Origin: Alphaproteobacteria bacterium
GTDB taxonomy: Bacteria > Pseudomonadota > Alphaproteobacteria > UBA828
NCBI GenBank assembly: GCA_965220745.1
Contig: CBDCQT010000011.1
Coordinates: 288,001 to 352,000, forward strand
DNA length: 64,000 bases
Direction: 5' to 3'
Shown here: positions 9,792 through 20,256 of the stretch, one piece after another
Layout: the number at the start of each line of letters is the position of its first letter
Position numbering within the stretch: the first letter of the stretch is position 1
The notes under the pieces: model-generated
Database searches by the model: none
Told to the model about the DNA's origin: nothing
Seen by the model: only the letters and a program-made list of their open reading frames with translations
Translations under genes and position numbers: made by a program

Positions 9792-11186
9792 ATGGCTACG
9801 GTATTGAAGAACACGGACACACAGAGCGCCGTCGACCGGCTCGGCGCGCTCCTCGGCGACCGGCTCTCGACCTCGCGCGCGGTGTGCGAACATCACGCGA
9901 CCGGCGAGACCTATCACGCGCCGCGCCCGCCGGATGCGGTGGTCTTCCCCGAAACGACCGAGGAGGTCGCCGAGATCGTCCGCATCTGCGCGACCCACGG
10001 CGTGCCCATGGTCCCGTACGGAGTGGGCACCTCGGTCGAGGGCAACGTCTGCGCGCTGGAGGGCGGCGTCACTCTCGATATGGGGCAGATGAACAAGGTT
10101 CTCCGGGTGAGCCAGGAGGACCTCGACGTCACAGTGCAGGCCGGGGTCACTCGCAAGCAGCTCAACACCCACCTGCGCGATACCGGGCTCTTCTTCCCCA
10201 TCGATCCGGGCGCGGATGCGACCCTCGGCGGCATGACCGCGACGCGTGCCTCCGGCACCAATGCCGTGCGCTACGGCACGCTGAAGGAGAACGTGCTGGG
10301 CCTCACGGTTGTGCTACCCGATGGGCAGATCATCACGACGGGCGGGCGCGCCCGCAAGTCGGCAGCTGGCTACGACCTGACTCGGCTGTTCGTGGGCTCC
10401 GAGGGGACGCTCGGTGTGATGACCGAGATCACGCTCAAGCTCTACGGCATCCCCGAGGCGATCTCGGCGGCGGTGTGTTCCTTCCCCTCGCTGGAGGCGG
10501 CGGTCGACACGGTGATCCTGACCATCCAGTCGGGCATTCCCATTGCCCGCGTGGAGCTGCTCGACGACATCCAGATGGACGCCTGCAACAAGTTCTCGAA
10601 GCTCGATTATGCGCCGAAGGACACGCTCTTCTTCGAGTTCCATGGCACCGAGCAGGGCGTCGCCGAGCAGGTGGAGCAGGTGCGCGAGATCGTCGAGGAG
10701 TTCGGCGGCTCCGACTTCCGCTGGGCGAGCAAGGCGGAGGACCGGAACGCGCTCTGGCAGGCGCGGCACGATGTCTATTACGCCTGCCTCGCGCTGCAAC
10801 CCGGCAAGTCGGGCTGGGCGACCGATGTGTGCGTGCCGATTTCGCGCTTGTCCGAATGCCTCATCGAGACCAAGAAGGAACTCGATGCCTCGCCCCTGCT
10901 CGCGCCGATCGTCGGCCACGTGGGGGACGGCAACTTCCACGTCTGCTTCCTCATCGACCCGGACGATCCGGCGGAGATGGCGGAAGCCAAGCGCCTCAAC
11001 GGGCGCATGATCGACCGCGCGCTCGCCATGGGGGGCACCAGCACGGGCGAGCACGGCATCGGCTGCGGCAAGCTCGACTATCTGGAGGCCGAGCACGGCG
11101 CAGGTGCGGTCGACTTGATGCGCACGATCAAGCGCTCGTTCGACCCCCACAACCTGATGAATCCGGGGAAGGTGGTCGTCGTCTGA
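9792..11186 (+). CDS. FAD-linked oxidase, D-lactate dehydrogenase (cytochrome)-like
   Basis: FPIDPGADATLGGM, GSEGTLG, GHVGDGNFH, GEHGIG, MNPGK. Confidence 0.9.
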   Translation: MATVLKNTDTQSAVDRLGALLGDRLSTSRAVCEHHATGETYHAPRPPDAVVFPETTEEVAEIVRICATHGVPMVPYGVGTSVEGNVCALEGGVTLDMGQMNKVLRVSQEDLDVTVQAGVTRKQLNTHLRDTGLFFPIDPGADATLGGMTATRASGTNAVRYGTLKENVLGLTVVLPDGQIITTGGRARKSAAGYDLTRLFVGSEGTLGVMTEITLKLYGIPEAISAAVCSFPSLEAAVDTVILTIQSGIPIARVELLDDIQMDACNKFSKLDYAPKDTLFFEFHGTEQGVAEQVEQVREIVEEFGGSDFRWASKAEDRNALWQARHDVYYACLALQPGKSGWATDVCVPISRLSECLIETKKELDASPLLAPIVGHVGDGNFHVCFLIDPDDPAEMAEAKRLNGRMIDRALAMGGTSTGEHGIGCGKLDYLEAEHGAGAVDLMRTIKRSFDPHNLMNPGKVVVV

Positions 11187-11290
11187 CCGCCCGCCACCGC
11201 GCGCGACCCATGCGCGCAGTGAACGCGTCTTTCAGAGAATAATGGACTGCCGAAAACGGCGGGGGTTCGCCCGCTGGGGGCAGGCGCGCC

Positions 11291-12652
11291 TCAATCGAGC
11301 ATCGTGCGCGGCAGCCACATGGCGATCTCGGGGAAGGCGATCACCAGCCCGAGCCCGATCAACTGCAGGATCACGAAGGGAATGATCCCGCGGTAGATCT
11401 GCTGAATGCGCACTTCGGGCGGGGCTACGCCCTTCATGTAGAAGAGGGCAAAGCCGAAGGGCGGCGTCAGGAACGAGGTCTGCAGGTTCACCGCCATCAG
11501 GATCGAGAACCAGTAGACCACCTCGAGCTTGGGCACGTGGTCGCCGAAGTCGAGTCCGGCCAGGATCGGTGCGAACACCGGCAGCACGATCAGCGTGATC
11601 TCGATCCAGTCGAAGAAGAACCCCAGGAGGAAGGTCACGATCATCAGGATGAAGAGGATTCCCCAGGGCCCGACGCCGACGGAATAGACCAAATCCTCGA
11701 TCAGCTGATCGCCGCCGAGCGAGCGGAAGACGTAGGAGAACGCCGTCGCGCCGACGAAGATGAAGAACAGCATGCCGTTGGTGAGCGCCGTGCGCTCGAC
11801 CACGTCCCGCAGCACCTTCCACGAGAGCTTGCGGTTGATGATCGCCAGCAGGACCGCGCCGAAAGCGCCGACGCCCGCCGCCTCGGTCGGCGTCGCCCAG
11901 CCAAGCACGATCGAGCCCAGTACCAAGAGGATGAGGAAGACCGCCGGAATGAATCCCCGCAGCAGCAGGAAGATGAGCTCGCGCGTGCTCTTGGGCCCCA
12001 TGTCCTTCGGTAGTGGAGGCGCGAGGTGGGGCTTAAACCGGCACAGCGTCAATATGTAGATGAAGTAAAGGCCCGCCAGCATCAGGCCCGGGAACACCGC
12101 CGCGACGAAGAGCGTGCCGACCGAGCGGCCCAGCAGGTCCGCCATGATCACCAGCATGATGCTGGGCGGTATCAGGATGCCTAGCGTTCCTGACGACGCG
12201 ATCGTGCCGGTGGCGAGCTCCATGTTGTACTTGCGCTGCAGCATGACCGGCAGTGCCATCAGGCTGATCATCACTACCGAGGCACCGATGATGCCGGTGG
12301 TCGCGGCCAGGATGGTGCCCATCACCGTGACCGCGAGCGCGAGCCCGCCTGGCGTCCGCCTTAACAGGACTTGGAGGCAATAGAGCAGGTCGGCGGCGAC
12401 GCCGGATCGCTCCAGCATCGTGCCCATGAAGATGAACATGGGGATCGCCACCAGCACCAAATTATCGCCGATACCCCAGATGCGGAGCGGCAGGTTGAAG
12501 AATTGGATGACATGGAAGACGTCGAGGGCGGCGCCGAGGAAGCCGAAGGCCAGCGCCACGCCGCCGAGGACAAATCCGACAGGGAAGCCCGAGAACAGCA
12601 GGATCGCCAGCGCGCCGAACATGAACGCCGGCAGATAGTCCTCGATGTACAT
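11291..12652 (-). CDS. dctM: TRAP transporter large permease
   Basis: GTLGILIPPS, ATPTEAAGVG, TPPFGFALFY. Confidence 0.95.
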   Translation of the reverse strand: MYIEDYLPAFMFGALAILLFSGFPVGFVLGGVALAFGFLGAALDVFHVIQFFNLPLRIWGIGDNLVLVAIPMFIFMGTMLERSGVAADLLYCLQVLLRRTPGGLALAVTVMGTILAATTGIIGASVVMISLMALPVMLQRKYNMELATGTIASSGTLGILIPPSIMLVIMADLLGRSVGTLFVAAVFPGLMLAGLYFIYILTLCRFKPHLAPPLPKDMGPKSTRELIFLLLRGFIPAVFLILLVLGSIVLGWATPTEAAGVGAFGAVLLAIINRKLSWKVLRDVVERTALTNGMLFFIFVGATAFSYVFRSLGGDQLIEDLVYSVGVGPWGILFILMIVTFLLGFFFDWIEITLIVLPVFAPILAGLDFGDHVPKLEVVYWFSILMAVNLQTSFLTPPFGFALFYMKGVAPPEVRIQQIYRGIIPFVILQLIGLGLVIAFPEIAMWLPRTMLD

Positions 12653-12655
12653 GCC

Positions 12656-13243
12656 CTACTGCTCCCGGCCCGGCGTGGTGGGCTCGGGACGTTCCGGCAC
12701 TTTCGTACTGTCGTCGCTCAAGGCGCGACGGTACTCGGGGGAGCCGAAGAGCTCGATGAACTTGCGCAGCAGCACCGCGACCGCGGCGAAACCCAGGAAG
12801 AGCATCCCGGCCGGTAGGAACCCCTTGATCGCCCAGCGGTAGGGCAGGCCGGTCGCGGAGTCCGAGGCCTCGTTCAGGTTCCAGGAGCGCTCCACGAAAT
12901 CCATCGCGAAGTAGAAGACGATGGCGCAGTAGGGAATGGCGAAAACCAGGCAGCCGATGAACTCGATCCAGCGCTGCGTCGTGGGGCTGAAGCGCTCGTG
13001 CACCAGGCTGATTCGGACATGGGCGTTCTTAAGGTAGGCGAAGCCGAGGCAGAGCAGGAACAGCACCGCGTGCAGGTGCCATTCGCCTTCCTGCAGCTTG
13101 GTCGAACCCAGCACCAGAAACCGGCGGGTGATGACGTCGAAGATGATGATGATCATCAGCGGTACCGAGATCCAGGCGCCGATGCGCCCGACCCAGGTCG
13201 CCACCGAATTGAGGACCGCCTCAATCCTCAGGAGATATCGCAT
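12656..13243 (-). CDS. dctQ: TRAP transporter small permease
   Basis: Four TM segments, AHVRI motif, between dctP and dctM. Confidence 0.92.
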   Translation of the reverse strand: MRYLLRIEAVLNSVATWVGRIGAWISVPLMIIIIFDVITRRFLVLGSTKLQEGEWHLHAVLFLLCLGFAYLKNAHVRISLVHERFSPTTQRWIEFIGCLVFAIPYCAIVFYFAMDFVERSWNLNEASDSATGLPYRWAIKGFLPAGMLFLGFAAVAVLLRKFIELFGSPEYRRALSDDSTKVPERPEPTTPGREQ

Positions 13244-13281
13244 GCAATCCGTTACCGCCGCCTAGCCGAGACAATAGGGGA

Positions 13282-13314
13282 GCGCCGGAGCGTGGTCTAC
13301 ACCCGCTCCGGCGC
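13282..13314. terminator. Stem-loop between dctP and dctQ (mRNA stabiliser or partial terminator)
   Basis: 11-bp perfect stem GCGCCGGAGCG / CGCTCCGGCGC. Confidence 0.55.
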
Positions 13315-13365
13315 CCCTTGGCTAAGGAGAAGCCGCGCGCTGCGGCGCACGGCTTCAGATCGGAC

Positions 13366-14424
13366 CTAGTTCAGATAACCGAGATCGGCCCAGACCGCAT
13401 ACTCGGCGCGGAACGCCGTGTACGATTCCCAGACCTTGGCGAAGTTCTCGTCACGTGCCGCGTCCTCGGCCGCAACCTCGTTCCACTTCTCCTCCAGCGT
13501 GTCCAGGATCTCTTGCGGCCAGCGGTGGATGGTCACGCCCTTCTCCTGGAGCTCGGCCAGCGCCTTGCCCTGGATCGCCTCGCCTTCGGCCAGCCCTTCG
13601 CGGAAGGCATCGCCGCAGGCGACCTCGATCTGTGCCTGCTGGGTGTCGCTCAGCGCATCCCAGGCGGCCCGGTTCAGGAGCAGCTCGAACACCGTCGACT
13701 GCTGGTGCCAGCCGGGGAAGTAGTAGTGCTTGGCGACCTGGTAGAAGCCGAGATTGAGGTCGATCGCCGGCATGGAATACTCGGTCGCGTCGATGGAGCC
13801 GCGCTCCAACGCCGGGAAGATATCGCCACCGGCGATGAGCTGGGTGGAGACGCCGATCTTCTCCATCACCTTGGCGCCGAGGCCGAAGAAGCGCATCTTC
13901 AGGCCCGCGAGATCCTCGATGGAGTTGATCTCCTTGCGGAACCAGCCGGACGCCTCAGGCGCGATGACGCCGCAGGGCAGCGACTTCAGGCCGTGCGGCT
14001 CGTAGATCGCATCCCACAGCTCGTAGCCGCCGCCATAGTAGATCCAGCCCATATATTCGCCGGCCCTCGGGCCGAACGGCACGGCCGCGAACATGGCGAG
14101 CGCGGGCTCCTTGCCGTACCAGTAGCCGGGCGTGGACCAGCAAGCATCGACTGAGCCGGCGGCCACGGCATCGAAGCATTCCTTCGCCGGGATCAGCGCG
14201 TTGGGCTCGAAGAATTTGATCTGAATGTTACCGCCGGAGATGCGGTCCAGGCGGTCCACCATGCTTTTGCCGAGCGTGCCGAGCTGGGTCAGGTTGCTGG
14301 GAAACCAGCTCGCCATATTCCAGCGCACGCGCTCGTCCTCGGCCTGGGCGAGGCCCGCCGTAAGGATCGCGGCGCTCAACACGCCGGCAGCAAGGCCGGC
14401 CTTGATCGACTTGCCAATGTTCAT
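13366..14424 (-). CDS. dctP: TRAP substrate-binding protein (TakP-like)
   Basis: Signal peptide; GWFRKEINS, GLKMRFFGLG, YYFPGWHQ. Confidence 0.92.
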   Translation of the reverse strand: MNIGKSIKAGLAAGVLSAAILTAGLAQAEDERVRWNMASWFPSNLTQLGTLGKSMVDRLDRISGGNIQIKFFEPNALIPAKECFDAVAAGSVDACWSTPGYWYGKEPALAMFAAVPFGPRAGEYMGWIYYGGGYELWDAIYEPHGLKSLPCGVIAPEASGWFRKEINSIEDLAGLKMRFFGLGAKVMEKIGVSTQLIAGGDIFPALERGSIDATEYSMPAIDLNLGFYQVAKHYYFPGWHQQSTVFELLLNRAAWDALSDTQQAQIEVACGDAFREGLAEGEAIQGKALAELQEKGVTIHRWPQEILDTLEEKWNEVAAEDAARDENFAKVWESYTAFRAEYAVWADLGYLN

Positions 14425-14599
14425 TGCGTGCTCCCTCCAATCGTTTCGGTGCGCCCTGCAGAAGCGCATCCGCAGCATCCTGACTTAGGTCCCGGCAGCT
14501 TTGACCGGGGCGGCGGCGCCCGGTGTCGCGCCCTGGCGTCCGCCAAACTGCCACGCTAGAACAGGCGCACGGGCACGGCAAGCACCTCGGGAGCGAGCC

Positions 14600-15364
14600 T
14601 TGATCTATGTCAACCGGGTCGCCGTTGTCACCGGCGGGGCCAGCGGCATCGGTCGCGAGGTCGCGCGCGCATTGGCCGCACGCGGCGCGGCGGTCGCCGT
14701 CGCCGATCTTAACCTGGAGGGAGCCCGAGAAGTCGCCGCAGCGTTAGCCGGTGACGGAGCACGGGCGGAGGCCATTGCCGTCGACGTCAGCCAGCCTGTA
14801 CAGGCAGACGCCATGATCGCGAGGGCGATAGAGGCATTCGGCAAGGTCGACATCCTGGTCCACAGCGCGGGCGTTGGCGTGGAGCGGAGCTTCCTCGACA
14901 CCACTCCGGAGGAATGGCAGCGCATCCTCGACATCGACCTCTCGGGCACGTTCTTTTGCGGGCAGGCGGCAGCGCGGCACATGGTGGAGCGCGGCTACGG
15001 CCGCATCGTCAACCTCGCGTCGACCGCCGGCGTGCGCGGCGGCACCGGGCGCGCGGCCTACGGCACCGCCAAGGGCGGCGTCATCGCGCTCACCAAAGTG
15101 ATGGCAGTCGAGCTCGCGCCTTACGGCATTACCGTGAACGCGCTCGCGCCGGGCGCGATCGAAACCGAGCTAGTGGCCAAGATGCACTCGGCGGAGACGC
15201 GCACGGTCTACCGCGCCGGCATCCCGCTCGACCGCTACGGCACGCCGGAGGAGACGGCCGCCGCGGCACTCTTCCTCGCGAGCGAGGAAGCCCGCTACGT
15301 CACCGGTCACGTGCTCGCGGTCGACGGCGGCTTCCTCGCGGCCGGTGTGATGCACCGTCGTTAG
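14600..15364 (+). CDS. Short-chain dehydrogenase/reductase
   Basis: TGGASGIG, YGTAK, NALAPG; TTG start inferred. Confidence 0.9.
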   Translation: MIYVNRVAVVTGGASGIGREVARALAARGAAVAVADLNLEGAREVAAALAGDGARAEAIAVDVSQPVQADAMIARAIEAFGKVDILVHSAGVGVERSFLDTTPEEWQRILDIDLSGTFFCGQAAARHMVERGYGRIVNLASTAGVRGGTGRAAYGTAKGGVIALTKVMAVELAPYGITVNALAPGAIETELVAKMHSAETRTVYRAGIPLDRYGTPEETAAAALFLASEEARYVTGHVLAVDGGFLAAGVMHRR

Positions 15365-15396
15365 ACGTAAGTCCAAGACTGGAATCGCTCCAGTAA

Positions 15397-15506
15397 TTTA
15401 TAGCTCACGGCAGCCGGCCTACAGCCGGCGCCTCCGCGAGGGCGCCGCTGACGCGGCGGGCCGCGGTCGCGGCCGATTGCGCCTCCGTCTCCGACGGACG
15501 CGCTCT
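15397..15506 (-). repeat. 110-bp GC-rich structured intergenic repeat, copy 1
   Basis: Reverse complement aligns ungapped to 62476-62585 with about 13 mismatches (hand count). Confidence 0.85.
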
Positions 15507-15508
15507 AG

Positions 15509-16654
15509 CTAAAGCGTGAGCCAGCGCTTGAGCGCGTCGCAGGCGCCCTCCACCTCTTCCGTCGCGCCGGCGTAGGAGAAGCGGACGAATGCCCGGCCCC
15601 GCTCAGTGTCGAAGTCGATGCCGGGCGTCGCCGCTACCCCGCACTCGGCCAACATGCGCTGACAAAAGGCCTCGCTGTCGTCGGTGAGCCCCGAGACATC
15701 GGCATAGGCGTAGAAGGCGCCGTCGCAGGGGGCGAGCGCGCCGAAGCCTGCGGCCGGAAGCGCCTCTTGGACGATGCTGCGGTTACAAGCGTAACGCGCC
15801 ACGTTGGCCTCCAGCTCGTCCCGGCAGTCGAAGGCGGCGATTGCGGCCCGCTGCGAAAGCGCCGGCGGCGAGATGAAGAGGTTTTGCGTGAGCCGCTCCA
15901 CCGCCCTGGCGAGGTCTTCGGGCACCACCATCCAGCCGAGCCGCCAGCCGGTCATCGCGAAGTATTTCGAGAAGCCGTTGATCACGACTGCGCTCTCGGA
16001 GAACGCGGCGACGCTGGCCGCCGGCTCGCCATAGGTGATGCCGTGGTAGATCTCATCCGAGATCACCCGAATCCCCCGGTCGCCACAATATGCCGCCACA
16101 GCTTCGAGCGTGGGCCTGGGCACCATGGTCCCGGTCGGATTAGACGGGCTGGCAACGATCAGGCCCTGGATCGGTTGCTCCAGCGCCTCCAGCATCGCCA
16201 CGGTTGGTTGAAAGCGGGTCTCTGCCGTGGTCGGGAGTAGCACCAGCTCGAGACCAAGCGCCTGCAGGGTGTTGCGGTAGGCGGGATAGCCGGGGTTGGC
16301 CAGTGCCACCCGGTCGCCCACGTCGAAGGCGGCGAGGAAGGCCAGAATGATCCCGGCCGAGCCCCCGGTCGTGACCACGATCCGCTCCACCGGCGGGGCG
16401 AAGCCGTAGCGCTCGCCGTAGAACGCGGCGATGCGCTCGCGCAGGGGCAGCACGCCGTCGGCCTCGGTGTAGCCGATCCTGTCGCCAGCCAAGGCCGCCC
16501 GCGCCGCGTCGAGCACCCGTTGCGGCGCGCCTGAGCCGGGCTCTCCGGTCTCCATGTGGAAGACCCGCGCGCCCGTTGCCGCGCGCTCGGTCGCGGCCTT
16601 GAGGATTTCCATCGCGAAGAAGGGCGCGACAGCCGCGCGCCGGGATGCCGCCAT
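15509..16654 (-). CDS. PLP-dependent class I/II aminotransferase
   Basis: SPSNPTG, SDEIYH, FSKYFAMTGWRLG. Confidence 0.93.
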   Translation of the reverse strand: MAASRRAAVAPFFAMEILKAATERAATGARVFHMETGEPGSGAPQRVLDAARAALAGDRIGYTEADGVLPLRERIAAFYGERYGFAPPVERIVVTTGGSAGIILAFLAAFDVGDRVALANPGYPAYRNTLQALGLELVLLPTTAETRFQPTVAMLEALEQPIQGLIVASPSNPTGTMVPRPTLEAVAAYCGDRGIRVISDEIYHGITYGEPAASVAAFSESAVVINGFSKYFAMTGWRLGWMVVPEDLARAVERLTQNLFISPPALSQRAAIAAFDCRDELEANVARYACNRSIVQEALPAAGFGALAPCDGAFYAYADVSGLTDDSEAFCQRMLAECGVAATPGIDFDTERGRAFVRFSYAGATEEVEGACDALKRWLTL

Positions 16655-16751
16655 CACTATGCCTTAGTTCATGCGGATAGCAGCGATGGGCGCCCATTGA
16701 CGGTGGCGTCCAAGCAACATATCCAAACTCGTCATCCTTGGAGCGAAACCG

Positions 16752-18110
16752 TTGGTCATCCGTCTCGCACGCGCAGCGGCGCTCGCCTGCTTAGCGTTCT
16801 CATTGGTCCTGGCGGCAGCGGCGCCGGCGTGGCCGCAGGGCATGTCGCTGATCCGCGACGCCGAGATCGAAGATACCATCCGGGCCTATGCCGCGCCACT
16901 GCTGGAGGCTGCGGGCCTCGGCGAAGACGCGGTCCGGCTGCACATCGTCAACGACCCCAACATCAACGCCTTCGTCGCCGGCGGCCCAAATCTCTTCCTG
17001 TCGAGCGGCATGCTGACCGCCGCCGAGGACCCCGGCGAGATCATCGGCGTGCTCGCGCACGAGATCGGCCACATCGCCGGCGGCCACCTGGTTCGCACGC
17101 GGGACGCGATGGAGAACGCCTCGGCCGAAATGATCCTGGCGACGGTGCTGGCGGCCGGCGCCATCATCGCGGGCGAAGGCGAGGTGGGGAGCGCCATCCT
17201 GAGCGGCGGCCAGGCAGTGGCGCAGCAATCGTTTCTGCGTTACAGCCGCACGCAGGAGCAGAGCGCCGACCAGGCGGCCGTGCGATTGCTCGAACGTACC
17301 GGGCAGTCGCCTGCGGGCCTCCTGCGCATGTTTCAACGACTCGAAGAGCGCGAGCGCCTCGCCATAACCGAGGTGAACAGCTACGCGCGCACCCACCCGC
17401 TCACCCGCGAGCGCATCCGCTTCATCCGCGACCATGTGGAGGGGGAAGACCGTGCCGCAGGCAGCGCCTCGGATACACACGGTACCGCCCACCGCCGCAT
17501 GGTGGCGAAGCTCAAGGGGTTCCTGGACCCACCGGAAGCGACCTTCCGCGCCTACCCGGACGAAGACGAGTCGACCGAAGCGCGCTACGCCCGCGCCATC
17601 GCCTACTATCGAATCCCCGATCTGGACCGCGCCCTCGCGGCGCTCGACGCGTTGCTGGTGGACCATCCGGACGACCCCTGGTTCCAGGAGCTCAAGGGGC
17701 AGGTGCTTTTCGAGAATGGGCGCGTGAGCGAAGCAATCGCGCCTTACGAGCGAGCAGTGGTGCTCAGGGACGACGCCGCACTGCTACGCCTCGGCCTCGC
17801 GCGGGCGCAGATCGAGAGCGGCGATACCGCTTCGCTCGCAAGCGCGATAAAGAATCTGGAGGCAGCGACCCGGCTGGAGCCGAAATCGCCCCAGCATTGG
17901 TATCAACTGGGCATCGCCCGCGGCCGGGCGGGGAAACGCGCCGCTTCCTCCCTCGCCTTCGCCGAGGCCGCCTTTCTACGGGGCGATGTGGAACGAGCGC
18001 ACTATCACGCGAGCGTCGCGGCGGAGGGCCTGCCGGAAGGCAGCGCGCGCTGGCTCCGAGCGGAGGATATCCGTAACGCTGCGGAGCAGGCCGCGAAGAA
18101 GAGGCGGTGA
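16752..18110 (+). CDS. M48 metalloprotease with TPRs (BepA/YfgC-like)
   Basis: Signal peptide, INAFV, HEIGH zinc motif, THP motif, TPR-like C-terminus. Confidence 0.9.
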   Translation: MVIRLARAAALACLAFSLVLAAAAPAWPQGMSLIRDAEIEDTIRAYAAPLLEAAGLGEDAVRLHIVNDPNINAFVAGGPNLFLSSGMLTAAEDPGEIIGVLAHEIGHIAGGHLVRTRDAMENASAEMILATVLAAGAIIAGEGEVGSAILSGGQAVAQQSFLRYSRTQEQSADQAAVRLLERTGQSPAGLLRMFQRLEERERLAITEVNSYARTHPLTRERIRFIRDHVEGEDRAAGSASDTHGTAHRRMVAKLKGFLDPPEATFRAYPDEDESTEARYARAIAYYRIPDLDRALAALDALLVDHPDDPWFQELKGQVLFENGRVSEAIAPYERAVVLRDDAALLRLGLARAQIESGDTASLASAIKNLEAATRLEPKSPQHWYQLGIARGRAGKRAASSLAFAEAAFLRGDVERAHYHASVAAEGLPEGSARWLRAEDIRNAAEQAAKKRR

Positions 18111-18125
18111 GCGCTGCCGCCGCCC

Positions 18126-19118
18126 TCAGATGAGCCCGCCAAGCGGTGACGAGGGGTCGGCGTAGCGCTTCTTCGCCATGCGGCCGGCGAGATAGGCGAG
18201 CCGGCCGGCCTCCACCGCGTGGCGCATGGCGTGAGCCATGAGCACAGGGTCCCTGGCACCGGCGATGGCGGTGTTCATCAGCACCCCGTCGCAGCCGAGC
18301 TCCATCGCCACGGCGGCGTCGGAGGCCGTACCCACGCCGGCATCGACCAGCACGGGCACACCGATGCGCTCGACGATGATGCGGATGCCAACGGGGTTCT
18401 GCACCCCGAGCCCTGAGCCGATGGGCGCCGCCAGCGGCATGATCGCGGCGCAGCCCATCTCCTCCAGCCGCTTGGCCATGATCGGATCGTCACTGCAATA
18501 GACCATGACCTCGAAGCCGTCCTTGATCAGGATCTCGGCGGCGCGGAGGGTCTCCGGCATGTTGGGGTAGAGCGTCTCCTGATCGCCGAGCACTTCGAGC
18601 TTGACCAGAGACCAGCCGCCGGCATCGCGCGCGAGCCGCAGCGTGCGCACGGCGTCTTCACCGGTGAAGCAGCCGGCGGTGTTGGGCAGATAGGTGTAGC
18701 GCTTGGGATCGACGTAATCGATCAGCATCGGCGCCTTGCGATCGGTGACATTCACACGGCGCACAGCAACCGTGACGATCTCGGCGCCGGAGGCATCCAG
18801 CGCCGCAGCGGTCTGTTCGAAGTCCCGATACTTGCCGGTGCCGACGATCAGCCGCGAGCGGAAGCGCCGGCCGGCGACCTCCCAACTGTCGTCGTCCGCT
18901 GCCACTGGCGCGGGGTCGGCACCGCCTCCGATGAAGTGCACGATCTCGAGCCGGTCGCCGGAGGCGACGGCGGTCCGGCCGTAGGCGCTCTTGGGCACGA
19001 TCTCGAGATTGCGCTCGACCGCGATCTTGCGCGGGTCGAGGCCCAACCCCGTCACGATGCTGTGGACCGACTGGGGCTCCTCGAACTCGCGGAGCTCGCC
19101 GTTTATCTGCACCTGCAT
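18126..19118 (-). CDS. thiG: Fused sulfur carrier ThiS / thiazole synthase ThiG
   Basis: N-terminal ThiS (INGE...AVERN...EIVHFIGGG) followed by ThiG ([21 protein letters not shown]). Confidence 0.93.
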   Translation of the reverse strand: MQVQINGELREFEEPQSVHSIVTGLGLDPRKIAVERNLEIVPKSAYGRTAVASGDRLEIVHFIGGGADPAPVAADDDSWEVAGRRFRSRLIVGTGKYRDFEQTAAALDASGAEIVTVAVRRVNVTDRKAPMLIDYVDPKRYTYLPNTAGCFTGEDAVRTLRLARDAGGWSLVKLEVLGDQETLYPNMPETLRAAEILIKDGFEVMVYCSDDPIMAKRLEEMGCAAIMPLAAPIGSGLGVQNPVGIRIIVERIGVPVLVDAGVGTASDAAVAMELGCDGVLMNTAIAGARDPVLMAHAMRHAVEAGRLAYLAGRMAKKRYADPSSPLGGLI

Positions 19119-19296
19119 GGATATGCGTTCCGTACGCGTGCCGTCATTTGCCGCAGCGCTGCGGCCTCGCTTGGAGTATTGGTGAGGACTATGACGAATT
19201 CAACCAGGGACGACCGCAGATAACGCGCGGATTGAAGCCCGAGTCCCGGCCGTGTTAGACCCATTGTGGGGGCGAGCATCACGACCCGGTGCGGCC

Positions 19297-19740
19297 ATGA
19301 CTTACAATATCTTGATTTTGAACGGCCCCAACCTCAATATGCTGGGGTTGCGAGAACCTGAGATCTACGGGCACCAGACCCTGGACGACATCCGCGCGCT
19401 GTGCGAGAGCCATGCGGAGGGTCACGAGTTCGCGGTCGATTTCAGGCAGAGCAACCACGAGGGCGAGCTGATTGACTGGATTCAGCAGGCGCCGAAGGTC
19501 CACGCCGGCATCATCCTCAATCCCGGCGGCTACACGCATACGTCCGTCGCCATCATGGACGCGCTGCGCGCCGTGGACCTGCCGGCCATCGAGCTGCATC
19601 TCTCGAACATCCACCGGCGCGAGCCCTTCCGCCGGCGCTCCTACGTGGCGCAAGCAGTGCAGGGCTCGATCTGCGGGTTCGGCGCGCAAGGCTACCTGCT
19701 CGCGCTCGACGGGATGCGCGCGCTCTTGAAGGAGGAGTGA
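19297..19740 (+). CDS. aroQ: Type II 3-dehydroquinate dehydratase
   Basis: NGPNLNMLGLREPEIYG, QSNHEG, HLSNIH. Confidence 0.96.
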   Translation: MTYNILILNGPNLNMLGLREPEIYGHQTLDDIRALCESHAEGHEFAVDFRQSNHEGELIDWIQQAPKVHAGIILNPGGYTHTSVAIMDALRAVDLPAIELHLSNIHRREPFRRRSYVAQAVQGSICGFGAQGYLLALDGMRALLKEE

Positions 19741-19744
19741 CGCG

Positions 19745-20251
19745 ATGGCAGTGAAACCTGTGCCGGATCCCCGGCCGGAGGAGCCGGAACCCGTGTACGG
19801 ACCCGACATCGAGCTGATCCGTGCGCTGGCGGCGGTGCTCGACGAGGCGAATCTCAGCGAGATCGAGATCGGCGAGGGCGAGAGCCGCATCCGCATCGCA
19901 CGCCAAGCCACTGTGGCGGCGGCACCCGCGCCCGCACCCGCTCCGCGCCCGGCAGCGGTCGAGCCTGTACCCGCAGAGGAAGCGCCGCCCGCGCCGGTCG
20001 CCGACGACGCCTCCCACCCCGGCGCGGTGATCTCTCCGCTGGTCGGCGTGGTTTACGTTGCGTCCGAGCCGGGCGGTCGTCCGTTCGTCGCCGTCGGTGA
20101 CGAGATCAGCGAAGGCGATACGCTCTTCATCGTCGAGGCAATGAAGACGATGAACCCGGTCCGCGCTCCCAGCGGCGGCCGTGTCACCCGAATTCTTGCC
20201 GAGAACGGCGCCCGGGTCGAGTATGGCGAGGTCTTGCTGATCCTCGAGTGA
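19745..20251 (+). CDS. accB: Biotin carboxyl carrier protein
   Basis: EAMKTM biotinylation motif; Ala/Pro linker. Confidence 0.95.
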   Translation: MAVKPVPDPRPEEPEPVYGPDIELIRALAAVLDEANLSEIEIGEGESRIRIARQATVAAAPAPAPAPRPAAVEPVPAEEAPPAPVADDASHPGAVISPLVGVVYVASEPGGRPFVAVGDEISEGDTLFIVEAMKTMNPVRAPSGGRVTRILAENGARVEYGEVLLILE

Positions 20252-20256
20252 GGCCG

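Noticed and set aside
19119-19296. TPP riboswitch upstream of thiS-thiG
   Set aside because: The conserved CTGAGA core and P4/P5 motifs are not visible on the minus strand
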